A stretch of 63,864 nucleotides of DNA, filler included, from Pelomyxa schiedti (Eukaryota; Protista; Evosea), in the NCBI GenBank assembly GCA_020536535.1. It is 8 parts of 8 records of this genome, joined end to end, with 100 filler letters (N's around TTAATTAATTAA, not from the genome) between each part and the next. Parts side by side here need not be neighbours in the genome. Positions count along the whole stretch, not along the records: positions 8,763 to 27,909 come from JAHLWZ010001111.1; positions 28,010 to 31,574 come from JAHLWZ010000017.1; positions 31,675 to 35,741 come from JAHLWZ010001648.1; 5 more parts are not named here. One strand, 5' to 3'. Position numbers and translations under genes: made by a program. Below are positions 24,136 to 35,165 of the stretch, piece by piece. Numbering within the stretch: position 1 is the stretch's first letter; each line of letters starts with the position of its first letter. Below the pieces are notes generated by a model, which saw only the letters and a program-made list of their open reading frames with translations, had not been told where the DNA came from and ran no database searches.

Positions 24136-25524
24136 TCAAACCAGAAGAGAAAATACACTATGTGCCCTGAGGTCGGCAGGATACTTGAACGAGAAAACGA
24201 CAATCCCCGATGATTGGTCAGTGACCAGCAGGCAAAAACCTCGGCTGGCAGAGTCCCTGGTGGCAGTGCAAATAAATCCACCCTCAGCAAACATGCTGGC
24301 GCAACCCACTGGGCATTGCACAGTCCTCAGCGGACTGCTGAAGTCAAGGCTGTTGCAGTCCCATACCTCATACCATGTGGGTGCATACAGTGTAAAGAGT
24401 TCAAACCCTGGGTCAAGTGGTGCTGTGGGGGCTTTGTGCTTCGCAATACAAAACAGGGTACTGTTGACCTGGCAGAGGGTGTCAACAATAGAGGGGCCAC
24501 CATCCTCATTTCCAGCACCCACACCGATTTGTATGCCGGTTCCTTCTTCAATCACCACAACAGACTTACCAGCTTGGTCTCTATCTAGAACAGTGACAAA
24601 AACGCGAGCCCCACTCAGCTTCCTCAGTACCACCCCCGATCCAATCTTGCAGGCAGAGGCACCGAACTTGGAACTTGTTGAACTCACCTCACTGAACTTC
24701 TTGGTCTCCCAGGTCCTGGATAAATCAATCACCCTCAGATTAGCCAGACACGGCAGGTTCCTCGACTCTGAGCCATCACCAACCAACATCAGCGCGGCCT
24801 CATCAGGAACAGCATGGTTGAAAAACAATGACCCATGGGTACTGCTGCAATAGGCCTGAGGCATGGCCTGTGGCACGTCGATGAGGCACCTGCCCCCGGC
24901 GTCATTCCCATAAGTGGGAGTGACTGACAGATGAGTGTCTCTTCCTAGGCACGCCACGTACCACTTGCCGGTCGCCACCATCTGAGTGAAGGGGGTGGTG
25001 TCCTCCCATAATCCCAGCCTATTGCCCGTTGCGATGTGGTACGCGTCGCCGCCCCAGAACTTAGGCGATGTGAAGAGGGACAGGGTGCTGTAGGTGTTGA
25101 CGGAAACCAGGGTAGAAGTGGGCCTTGTATCGTCCCAGAATCTTACGTCATGAGTGATTGAGCCAGTGAGGGGTGAAACTCCAAACGTTACCATGGTGCT
25201 GCGCATAGTAAATGACCTGAGGGCGGCGAACTCGAGGCAGAAGAACAATGATGGGAAGTCGACGATCCAACGCCAAAGCACCCTCAACGCGCTCCACCGA
25301 GCACTGCTGGTTCTAGTGCAACTTGCGAGCGACGGCCTGACAGTGAAGGTCTCGGAACCCCCGCAGCGAGGGTGCGTGTACATCAACAGGGCCTGGAACT
25401 GGTCGCGCAGGTAGCACGCGTACGCGGTGCTGGACATTCCGCGGGGCAGGGGCACAATTGTGGGAGGGTAAGGTGGGGGCTCTCCGTCGTCGCTGAAGTG
25501 TTTGGCGCACCCGTCATCACACAT
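24136..25524 (-). CDS. Intronless QFxAL-RCG family protein (divergent member)
   Basis: 462-aa ORF; LRDQFQALLMYTHPRCGG; FGVSPLT; LCQVNSTLFCI..EVWDCN..VTDQSSG shared with subfamily A. Confidence 0.85.
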   Translation of the reverse strand: MCDDGCAKHFSDDGEPPPYPPTIVPLPRGMSSTAYACYLRDQFQALLMYTHPRCGGSETFTVRPSLASCTRTSSARWSALRVLWRWIVDFPSLFFCLEFAALRSFTMRSTMVTFGVSPLTGSITHDVRFWDDTRPTSTLVSVNTYSTLSLFTSPKFWGGDAYHIATGNRLGLWEDTTPFTQMVATGKWYVACLGRDTHLSVTPTYGNDAGGRCLIDVPQAMPQAYCSSTHGSLFFNHAVPDEAALMLVGDGSESRNLPCLANLRVIDLSRTWETKKFSEVSSTSSKFGASACKIGSGVVLRKLSGARVFVTVLDRDQAGKSVVVIEEGTGIQIGVGAGNEDGGPSIVDTLCQVNSTLFCIAKHKAPTAPLDPGFELFTLYAPTWYEVWDCNSLDFSSPLRTVQCPVGCASMFAEGGFICTATRDSASRGFCLLVTDQSSGIVVFSFKYPADLRAHSVFSLLV

Positions 25525-25530
25525 CCAAAA

Positions 25531-25932
25531 ATGATCAGTAAAACCATTATCGGGGGTGTCGTACTAACCGCCGTATTGCTCAGCGCATTGGCATGCCACC
25601 CCGGAACACATGTCGACGAGACTATGTGGTCCCACGACGCTACTCGCGCTCCCCCACCACCATCATCATGTGACTCAACCGCAGTGGCATCTGAAGATCT
25701 CGGCAGCGATGTTGGTGTTGGTGGCGGCGGTTTGTGTCGGTGCGCGTGGCTCCTTGGCGGTACCTACCGCTTCATGACACCTTATCAGTGCTACGTGCAG
25801 TGCTGCACGAAGTGGCCCCGGTCATTCCAGTTTGAATGGCAGGGCTTCATGTTCCCCTGTGTTCGGGAGGGGGGCCATTTCGAGGGCCTCGTTTACATCC
25901 CTTGCCCGGGGTTCAAGTTGTTCTGTGTATGA
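25531..25932 (+). CDS. Small secreted Cys-rich protein (133 aa; signal peptide, acidic spacer, 8-Cys domain)
   Basis: MISKTIIGGVVLTAVLLSALA hydrophobic leader; Pro/acidic linker; C-terminal CRC..C...CC..C..C..C domain. Confidence 0.6.
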   Translation: MISKTIIGGVVLTAVLLSALACHPGTHVDETMWSHDATRAPPPPSSCDSTAVASEDLGSDVGVGGGGLCRCAWLLGGTYRFMTPYQCYVQCCTKWPRSFQFEWQGFMFPCVREGGHFEGLVYIPCPGFKLFCV

Positions 25933-26027
25933 TCCATCATACTTACCGACATACAGGCTGGTGGTGTTGTTGGCGAGAGATGTGGAAAAAGCAATAATGG
26001 AAGGCTTTCGTTTTTTGCTCTTCTTCT

Positions 26028-26300
26028 CTATGTTCTTTTCAGAAGCCTGAAATTCAAGTCACCATCGTCATCTTCGGAATCAACAGGATACCGTGGGGGA
26101 CGCAACAACCAACACTGGACTGCATCACAGGTCCTGGATGATGTGGCTGTACTCCCATGAAGCCACCAGGCCACTCTCAAAGCCGCACAGGCAGTCATGG
26201 CCGACGTCGAACATACGCAGCGGTTCCATGTACGAGTCAGGTTTCTGAGGGAGAACACAGCCATCGCTACAGTGTCGAAATGTGCAATGCACGAGTCCAC
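26028..26300 (-). pseudogene. Decayed 3' fragment of a subfamily B gene
   Basis: VDSCIAHFD...VFS...CDAVQCWLLRPP resembles KVDSRHFAEFD..VFS..CDGVTGCWLLRQP. Confidence 0.5.
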
Positions 26301-26419
26301 CTTGGGTGCATGGTGATCTCAGGATTCCCGCGGTGTGTGACACGCTCAAACTCGACTCTCGTCGTTGGGTGGCCGGTCCTCACGACCGTTGTTGTACGAG
26401 TTTCGGGGAACCATCAAGG

Positions 26420-27628
26420 ATGATGAGCATCCCAACAGCACCCACCAGGCGACCGCGGCTACCACCAGCGACCCACGTAGCGTGGGCTCTGGACCAGCTC
26501 GTAGCACTGGGCGTCGGTTCGTTCGTGTACAGGTGCGGGGCCACCAGCCCCTCGCGCCTGCTGCCACGCGACCTGCTGCGCCACGAAATCGCGCGCCCCT
26601 GGGTCATGTCCCCAAGAACCAGAGTCGCCGTGAAGTTGGTTTCCGGCGGCGAAGGAGGTGCCTCCTCCTCCTCCTCACCATCATCGGCGGGGTGGAGCCT
26701 GACGATGGCGATGCACCACTACCAGATGTGCGTCAATGTTGGGGTGTCTCACACGGGCGGGGTTGTGGACGTGTGGACCGCGTGCATACCCATGCACATC
26801 AGGGTGCGTGGGTGGCTGGGCCGCGGCGTCGCCGTGCTGGAGGACGACGGCGTGGGGCAGTGGTGGGCCACCTACTTCGTGGACGACGACGTGCTGTCGT
26901 GGTCGCTCGGGCCCCCCGCGAGGCTCTGGAAGTTCAAGAGGGGCGCAAGGTGGGCCGTGATGTATGGCAAGTGGCCGATTGGGTCCACCAGGATCGTGCT
27001 GTGGCCCGCCAGTGTGTCCGAGGAGGCGACCGCGACCGTGCCGGTCCCTGAGTGCAAGACCCTGATGTGGCTGGACTTTGTGGATGACGACGAGGACGAG
27101 GCTGTAGTGGTGGTCCAGGAGCCCAACAAGCACGAGGTGTGGAGGGTGGACCTCAGGGCGTCCTACAACACCAGCCAGTTTGTTGTCAGGCACAGATACC
27201 GGGGTTACTTCGACCACCACAACGTGAGGCGCATGGTGCTGCTGTCGGACGGGGGCAAGGTGTTGATGGTGTCAAGTAAATCAGGAGGGAGCTACATGCT
27301 GAGGACACTGGAGCCACGTGAAGCTGTGCACGAGTGCCACGACAGGACATACAAGGTGGATTCAAGGCACTTTGCCGAGTTCGACGGCTCTGCCGACGAG
27401 GTCAGGGTGTTCTCGACCGGTGGCGACTTGGGAACACCGTGCAGGGTGTTTCCCACCAACACAGGGAGCAGTTTCAAGTGCGGGTGTGGGTGTGTGGCAT
27501 TTTGGGAGGAAGAAGGGCACCTGGACTTGTGTGACGGGGTGACTGGCTGTTGGTTGTTGCGCCAGCCATTGTTGCCCAATTATCCCGTCAGCTTCGACCT
27601 TCGTGCCTTTTCTCTGTCCAGTTCCTGA
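26420..27628 (+). CDS. Intronless QFxAL-RCG family protein, subfamily B
   Basis: ORF 26282..27628, likely ATG 26420; WALDQLVALGVGSFVYRCGATSPSRLLPRDLLRHEI. Confidence 0.85.
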   Translation: MMSIPTAPTRRPRLPPATHVAWALDQLVALGVGSFVYRCGATSPSRLLPRDLLRHEIARPWVMSPRTRVAVKLVSGGEGGASSSSSPSSAGWSLTMAMHHYQMCVNVGVSHTGGVVDVWTACIPMHIRVRGWLGRGVAVLEDDGVGQWWATYFVDDDVLSWSLGPPARLWKFKRGARWAVMYGKWPIGSTRIVLWPASVSEEATATVPVPECKTLMWLDFVDDDEDEAVVVVQEPNKHEVWRVDLRASYNTSQFVVRHRYRGYFDHHNVRRMVLLSDGGKVLMVSSKSGGSYMLRTLEPREAVHECHDRTYKVDSRHFAEFDGSADEVRVFSTGGDLGTPCRVFPTNTGSSFKCGCGCVAFWEEEGHLDLCDGVTGCWLLRQPLLPNYPVSFDLRAFSLSSS

Positions 27629-28969
27629 TTGTTTGTGGCACAGTTAAATCATTTGACTTGCACACAACTGTTCGGTGCTGCACCTTTTTTTTTTGGTACA
27701 GCAGTTCTGTTGACTTGAAGTTCTGTCTGTTGGAGAAATTTCCAAGGTACCTTTTTGTTCTGTTCGGTTTCTAAACTGTGCCGTGTGCACCACAAAGGTG
27801 TTTGACGTAATGTTCACAAACAAGATATTTATGCTTATTTAGAAAAGGAGAAACTACTGCAGGGAGCATGAGGCGTTAAGTGGATCACTGCTGGATGCAA
27901 AGTCCACAANNNNNNNNNNNNNNNNNNNNNNNNNNNNNNNNNNNNNNNNNNNNTTAATTAATTAANNNNNNNNNNNNNNNNNNNNNNNNNNNNNNNNNNN
28001 NNNNNNNNNTCGCTGGCGCACTCACTTGGGGTACCTGAGTGGTGTCAGTATGGGATAATTATGTTTGAGTGGGGGTGCGATGAAAAGGGAGAGGGGGATT
28101 TACAATGGTGAACAGGCTGTCATGGCATGTCCACCACCAACTGTACAAGGTGAAACATACCAGTGGCTGAGCTGCTGAAAATGCCATTGCTGAAAGTCAC
28201 AGGGCCTCAATACCGACATACAGCTTGAATGCGGAAAAGGACCTAGAGATTGGAGGTGAGTTTTTTATTGGGGGGACACAAAGAAGAGGAATACCGGTGG
28301 AATGGAGCCGAGCCGCACACACATTCTGCTTACATCTACAACCACCTGGCTTTCAAATGCTAGAAGTCGAAAAACGGAGAAGAGAAATGGAAACAAATTT
28401 AAATAACACGACAGAGAAAGACAAACAAAACAAAAAGAAATTGAAGCGTCACTTCAATTTCATTACTGTTTCACTGTGAAATTGAAGCGTTCTGTTCCAA
28501 CATGGATGGGTGTGCTCCACTACGCCGATGGCATCCCAATGATTGTCCATTCCATTATCCTTTGTTTTTCTCGTTACCCTTGCTGATGAATTCCCTCGGC
28601 AGCTCTGTGTGTTCCTTGATAGCCTTGTGGAGTGCGTCTGATTGAAACCTGCTCAGAGAGCTCCTGCACTTGGAGAGCGCTGTGAGTGACAACCGAAATT
28701 TTTGATGAGTGCCGACCGTTGTGACAACGCAATGTTGGAGTTCCATGATACTCACGGTGACCAACGGTTCTGGTGTCCCTGTAACTCCATGGCCCGCGCC
28801 GAGATGTATCGGGTCGCGTTCTTCAAGCGCCTAGCGGTGGCTCGATCAAGCAACCCCGATGCAATTGCACTGGATTCGCAACAACAAACGCGATTGGAGT
28901 CGCAGCAACTGCAGCCACAATCGGGGCCACAGCGTGCACAACAACCAGAGGTAAAAAGGAGGAGAAAGG

Positions 28970-29622
28970 CAAATGCACAACAGGTGCCCGTAAATTTGGA
29001 AGCAGCAACAACAAGCAGCAGCGCTGGTGGCACGGGAATTGTGGGAAGGAACTTCAGTTTTGTCAGGGTCCTGCGTTCTTCTTGTGATGAAGGTTTATTG
29101 TGCCTTTTAATGACATTCATTGATTGATGCATCCAGGGATGGAATTTGAAGTAAAGTGCATTGGGCTGGGACACCCTGATCTATTCCNNNNNNNNNNNNN
29201 NNNNNNNNNNNNNNNNNNNNNNNNNNNNNNNNNNNNNNNNNNNNNNNNNNNNNNNNNNNNNNNNNNNNNNNNNNNNNNNNNNNNNNNACAGCCAAGAGTC
29301 TTCCAGCACCAACAGGACCAAATGATGTTGTTGGGATTGACTACATTGGCAAATTAGTACGAACTAGACAAGGAAATCAATACATACTAGTGATTATAGA
29401 CCACTTCAAATGCACAACAGGTGCCCGTAAATTTGGAAGCAGCAACAACAAGCAGCAGCGCTGGTGGCACGGGAATTGTGGGAAGGAACTTCAGTTTTGT
29501 CAGGGTCCTGCGTTCTTGTGATGAAGGTTTATTGTGCCTTTTAATGACATTCATTGATTGATGCATCCAGGGATGGAATTTGAAGTAAAGTGCATTGGGC
29601 TGGGACACCCTGATCTATTCCG
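28970..29622 (+). repeat. ~215-bp near-identical direct repeat flanking a plain N gap (28970-29187 and 29408-29622)
   Basis: aaatgcacaacaggtgcccg...ccctgatctattcc occurs on both sides of gap 29188-29287, differing by a 3-nt indel. Confidence 0.85.
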
Positions 29623-31574
29623 GAACCAATCATACATCCTCAAGGCACTCTTCAATTTCGGTCCTGTGGATTTCCCATTCGAGATTGAGCCACACCCAAA
29701 CATTTCACAACACTTTTGCCAGTTTCAGGACAGCATCCCACATGAGTTTTACGATAAGATCTCTTCTTCTGTTGCAACATCCCATTTGTTCACATGGATT
29801 GTTCTTGAGCACCATCCTGACTCACTGTGAAATTTATTGAAAAGCACCCCATTTTCACACGCATCTACTACTACAACAACAACACCAACAACAAAAATAA
29901 GCACTGCAACAACACCCTGGAGCATTGTGCACAAGTATTCAAGGGACATCAGTGCTGCTCTTGTTCATCTGTTCAACAACAAAGTTATTCACTTCAACCT
30001 GTCATTGGACAGTATTGCTGTCTCTTCTGTGTGTCCTTTCAAAGTTTTACTTGATATGCACACTCACTAAAAAAAAAAAGAACAAAGAACAGGTGATCCT
30101 GACGGACCTTATTGGTCATGTGATGGCATTTGATGATGAAGGAAACAAGCCACCATTCACAAAACTTGTTTCAGAGTTTGCTGTTTTTTCTTCAGGGAAT
30201 GTGGTAATACACGTTGCACCTGAGATTCTCAATGCAATTTCTTCACAGCCTGACATTAGCTTGGTGAACTGTGAAATGGTGTTTCCTCACACTTTTATTT
30301 CCCTCTCTGACCCATAAAAAACAACAACAACACAAAGCAAGGATCATTTGGACTTGGATGTGTTCTGTTTGAACTTGCCATGGGGCAGAACCCACTCCCT
30401 GGATACCCTGAAATCTTCCGCAATGAGGGTGACGGACTGATACACTTTGGATTTGAGAGTGAAGAAATGTTCCCAATCCAGCCACCATTCCCAAAGAAGT
30501 TCTGTGACCTCGTTCGTGGGTTGCTCCAGTTTGACCCTTCAAAGAGGATTCCCCTTGTGGATGCTCACAGATACTTGTTGGATGTCATTGAGACACCAAC
30601 ACCTGATGAGCTCCTCTCGTTTTACACTCACGTTTTCCAGCCCTCTACCAGCCCAAATGATGCAGGTTCACTGACATGCAAGGCAACGTGTCAACTCCTC
30701 TGTGGTGGCAGTGCACCAGTTGCAGAGTGCGTTTGCACCCTCCGGGAGGCACTTCAAGCCTCACTGTCATTTCCACCTGCTCTGTTGTTGCTCCATCACA
30801 TCCACTCTGCTTCAGCCCTTGTTGCTTCTTTGGTTCACCTTTCAAATGACGAAAAACGAGGGATTGCATCAGTTCTCATCAACAGAGTGACTCCATCCCC
30901 TGCATGTGTTGAATTGAAGAGGGCCATCATTGACAGCACTGATCACAGGACCACGTTTCCTGAGGTCCTCCTGACTGCAATGTGGAACAGGTACCTCACC
31001 TGTCCCTTTCAAAAGAACAAGCACAGTAAGTCAGTTGATGAGTCTCACCAAAACACTTTGTGGAAGTGGTTTGCGAAACTGTGTGTTGGCCCAGAGCAGC
31101 CTCAGGAATTTCAAGGGCCGCACACAGCAACCTCTTACAAGATTCTCCCTGACTTGTGTGCATCAACATCTTATGAACAAACTTGGAGTGACAAGATTTA
31201 TGCATGTTCATGTGAGTAACGTGCAAACCACACAACACTGGGAATAACCTCAGAAAAAAAAAAACCAGATGGAGGGAACCCTCGGAACAAATGGATGATG
31301 GAAGCTTTCCTGCAAATGGATTTGGGAAACATTGCTTCTTCCATTGAACTTGTATCCCAGGCTTTCTCTCACTTCATTTCTGGTTGGTGTCTTCTTTGCA
31401 AATAAATAAACTTTAAACCAACAAAAAAAAACAGAGTGTCCTGGCTCATCCTATCTGGAATACCTTCCAGGGTTGTTGTTTCTTTGGGGAATGAGGCAGA
31501 TCACACCAAACAAGTTTTACATGCATCAGAAGGAGGAGCACATTTCCCCACCCTTGTCACATGCTCTTTCATTT
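29565..31574 (+). pseudogene. Degenerate protein kinase (pseudokinase) with an in-frame TGA and a helical C-terminal region
   Basis: YILKALFNF..HPNI..WIVLEHHPDSL*NLLK..VIHFNLSLDSI..ILTDL..HVAPEIL..GLLQFDPSKR; HRD and DFG motifs lost; stop at 29828-29830. Confidence 0.65.
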
Positions 31575-31674
31575 NNNNNNNNNNNNNNNNNNNNNNNNNN
31601 NNNNNNNNNNNNNNNNNNTTAATTAATTAANNNNNNNNNNNNNNNNNNNNNNNNNNNNNNNNNNNNNNNNNNNN

Positions 31675-32369
31675 GCAAGTGGCTTGTGAAGGTTGACAAC
31701 TCTGAAGGCCTCGTTGTGTGGAGGATGAGAAACGGCGCGCCTGTGTCGGCCAATGGCGTTGGGGTGAAATGCACTTTGCCACAGAGCGAGATTGGAGCGA
31801 GATTCTCGCCGTTTGACCCTTGTGGTGATGAGCTGGTTGTGACAGGCTCATACTCCACTGTATCACCAGCCCCGTTTGTGCACTATTTTGACCTTGAGAA
31901 GAGCATTGGTGCCGGGGTGGCAGTGAATGTCAGAGAGAGCCTTTCAGTGCCACACCCAGGTGCCTTTGACTTGGTTTGGTCGTCTCCAGACACAATCCTC
32001 ACTCTGCACCATGATTGTGGCTGGAGTGGATACTACAGAGTTTACAACACAGTCACAGGGGAGCTGCACACATTCCCAAAGGAGTTTTATGGCAGCCCAT
32101 ACTCTGTCTCAGATTGCCAGCACATCGTTTTTGAGAAGAAGGATTCGCCCATGTGTGAGGTGTATCGTGCATCATCAGACATGACCACGCCCTGTTGCCA
32201 ATACCACTTCAACGCCCATGAAAACTTCGGCTCCAGTTCCTCAACAAACGACCTTTATGTTGTAAGGAGGATGGATCCATCATCATCACTGCTCACAACA
32301 ACCCTCATTCATGATGACTTCACAGGCACACCTTTGGCATTTATCAGGATTGACGTTGATACAGACTGA
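31675..32369 (+). CDS. QFxAL-RCG family subfamily C protein, 5' end lost in the gap
   Basis: KWLVKV..LVVWRMRNG..GARFSPFDPCGDELV.. paralogous to 32486..33718. Confidence 0.75.
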
Positions 32370-32485
32370 AAAATCAGCAAGGAAAAAAAACCCTGATGTG
32401 CATTGTTCGTCGTTTCACTGAGCTCAAACCAACTTCGTTTTTCGTGAAAAGAAATCATTTCCAAGAAAACGACTTACCGTTACGG

Positions 32486-33718
32486 ATGGACGTTGCAACC
32501 GGGTCAGGACGACACACAACCATTGCACCCATAATTGACGCGCGAGCGCAGTTTGTTGCGTTTGCGAGTTCGTGGATCGTCGAGAGGTGCGGCGCATGCA
32601 GCGCGGCCAAGGCGCTGTCCCACAATCGGGCGCTGTGCGAGACCTTTGGCCGCGACTGGGTGGTGGGTTGTTGCAGGCAAATCGGCGCCACCATCACGCT
32701 GACCCTTGCGCCCCCACCAGGGAGCTACAGGAGGAGGGAGACCGTCCACGTGTTCATGGGCGTGAGCGCGACGCTCGGCGTGGCGTGGTGCACGTGCCTG
32801 GGCGACGGCGACCTGACCTCACCCAGCGGAGATCGATGCGTGATCCGGGGGTGTGTTGGCGACGACAGGTTCGTCGCGAGTTCGTTGTGGGGACCCTCTG
32901 GGGTCGTTGACAGGCACGGGAACCAGTTGGCAGCTTTGGAGGGCGAGCAGACGTCGTCGTTGAACTGGAGGAGCAACGGCAAGTGGCTTGTGAAGCTCGA
33001 CGAAACGGCGTCGGCTGTGAAACTCGTTGTGTGGAGGATGAGAAACGGGGTGCCTGTGTGTCCAAATGGCGTTGCTGTGGATGGAAGCACGTGTCCACTC
33101 ACTCAGTACGGCGCAAGGTTCTCTCCGTTTGATGACCCTTGTGGTGATGAGCTCGTTTTAGCTGGCTGCAGAATGAGACCAGCAGGGCAGCTCATTTCGT
33201 TTGTTGACCTGGAGAAGAGCGTCTGTGCAGGTGTCATGGTGTTATCAAGGGAGAGCATTTTGCTCCCGCACCCAAATCCCTTTGACTTGGTTTGGTCTTC
33301 ACCAAGCACAATCCTCACTCTGCACAGATATGACAGTGGTGATGATGAGTGGAGCCTTTACAATGACAGTAGTGATGATGGGTGGAGCGTTTACAACAGG
33401 ATGACAGGGGAACTGCACACGTTCCTTTCAGTGAGTTACCATGCACCTTCTGTTTCAGCTCAGCACATCGTTTGGAGGATGAAGTGTGAGGCGATGTGCG
33501 AGGTGTATCATGCCTCCGACGTGAGTAAGCCAGTGCACCAGTACCAAATCAACACCCAAGAAAATTCTGGTTCCTCATCGAACGAAGTGTATGTTGGTGG
33601 AACATACACTATGGACATGATGGAGTCACCAACACACAACACTGTTTCAACAACCCTCATCCATGATGAAATAACAGGTACACCTCTGACATTACTCATG
33701 GTTGAGGCACATCACTGA
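32486..33718 (+). CDS. Intronless QFxAL-RCG family protein, subfamily C
   Basis: ORF 32396..33718, likely ATG 32486; DARAQFVAFASSWIVERCGACSAAKAL. Confidence 0.85.
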   Translation: MDVATGSGRHTTIAPIIDARAQFVAFASSWIVERCGACSAAKALSHNRALCETFGRDWVVGCCRQIGATITLTLAPPPGSYRRRETVHVFMGVSATLGVAWCTCLGDGDLTSPSGDRCVIRGCVGDDRFVASSLWGPSGVVDRHGNQLAALEGEQTSSLNWRSNGKWLVKLDETASAVKLVVWRMRNGVPVCPNGVAVDGSTCPLTQYGARFSPFDDPCGDELVLAGCRMRPAGQLISFVDLEKSVCAGVMVLSRESILLPHPNPFDLVWSSPSTILTLHRYDSGDDEWSLYNDSSDDGWSVYNRMTGELHTFLSVSYHAPSVSAQHIVWRMKCEAMCEVYHASDVSKPVHQYQINTQENSGSSSNEVYVGGTYTMDMMESPTHNTVSTTLIHDEITGTPLTLLMVEAHH

Positions 33719-34297
33719 AGTTTCTTTGACACCACGGGCAAACAACAACAAAACAGATAGATGTATCCTGATTTTTTTTGTGTTTTTTTCAAGTGGATTT
33801 ATGGTTTGCGAGTTCGGGAACTGTCGAGTGGCTCCACAAGTAACTCAAAACATTGTGATCACAATTCAATTGGATTACTGAGGGTCCAGTGCACTGAAAT
33901 GTGGCCTTTGCAACACATCACTCACTGTGAGGCTCCACAATGCTGAGGCAAGATGTTGTGTAGTTGGCATGTAACAGGAAACCATGCCCAACACCAATCC
34001 AGCGTGTATCCTCCACCTCTCTGCCACAGCTTCCTGTAGTGTTGTTGGTCTTGCTTGGTGTTTGAACCACCAAATGCAATGACATTCGATCCGCGCCTTG
34101 ATTATGGTTTCAATGGCTCGGCAGTCTTTCGAGAGGTTGGGAGCGCAGTCAAGTGGCTCTCCCACAATCGCGTTGTGCAAGTCCTGTGGTGGCGACAATA
34201 ACAAGCTGATCACCACAACTCGCGAACGGTTCTTGCCTGTGGGGCAGTGTGGTGTGGACTTAGGGTGTATTGCTCATAATACTGAGCATTGCTAGTG

Positions 34298-34804
34298 GTG
34301 TGCAAGTGATGGCATCATGAATGCAGCAGGTGGTAATACCGTGTTGGGTGGAGGTGTTGTATTCCTGCCTGACAGCAACAGATACTTCTCTTAAAGAGGA
34401 AACATTTTGATTCTGTTGCAGGGGGTCTCGCTGATAACGGCAGCAGGGCTTGGACATGTCAGAAGAAGCACGATACACTTCACACATGATCAAATCCCTT
34501 CTGAACCAAACAATGTGCTGACGTGAAACAGTCACAAATTCATAAGTCCCTACAGGTAAAGCTGTGTGCATTTGTTGACCAGTCACAGAGTTGAAAACTC
34601 TGTAACAATCATTACTGAAGTCACGGTGCAGAGTGAGGATCACATCTGGCGAGGACCAAACCAGGTCAAATGGCCCTGAGAGCGGGAGCAAAACACTCTC
34701 CTTGGCCTTAACCGTGACTCCTGCAGCAACACTCTTCTCCAGATCAACAAACGAAATGAGGCCCCGCTGCAGCCAATCCACCCATGTTGTGTCTCCCACA
34801 AAAA
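34298..34804 (-). pseudogene. C-terminal fragment of a subfamily C gene in the inverted-repeat spacer
   Basis: LISFVDLEKSVAAGV..PFDLVWSSPDVILTLH..CEVYRASSDMSKPCC..IHDAITCTPLA; no N-terminal half. Confidence 0.75.
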
Positions 34805-35165
34805 CCACTAGCAATGCTCAGTATTATGAGCAATACACCCTAAGTCCACACCACACTGCCCCACAGGCAAGTAACCGTTCGCGAGTTGTGGTGATCAGCT
34901 TGTTATTGTCGCCACCAAAGTACTTGCACAACGCGATTGGGAGAGCCACTTGGCTGCGCTCCCAACCTCTTGAAAGACTGCCGAGCCATTGAAACCATAA
35001 TCAAGGCGCGGATCCAATGTCATTGCATTTGGTGGTTCAAACACCAACACCAAGACCAACAACACTACAGGAAGCTGTGGCAGAGAGGTGGTGGAGGATA
35101 CACGCTGGATTGGTGTTGGGCATGGTTTCCCGTTACATGCCAACTACACAACATCTTGCCTCAGC

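Noticed and set aside
26365-27220. Long overlapping and antisense ORFs in GC-rich genes
   Set aside because: Expected shadow ORFs of high-GC coding sequence; no motifs.
28970-29622. Direct repeat as a real duplication or LTR pair
   Set aside because: Flanks a scaffold gap; more likely unmerged contig or haplotype overlap.
29828-29830. TGA recoding or selenocysteine
   Set aside because: TGA ends many intact genes in the window; no SECIS recognised; a nonsense mutation is simpler.
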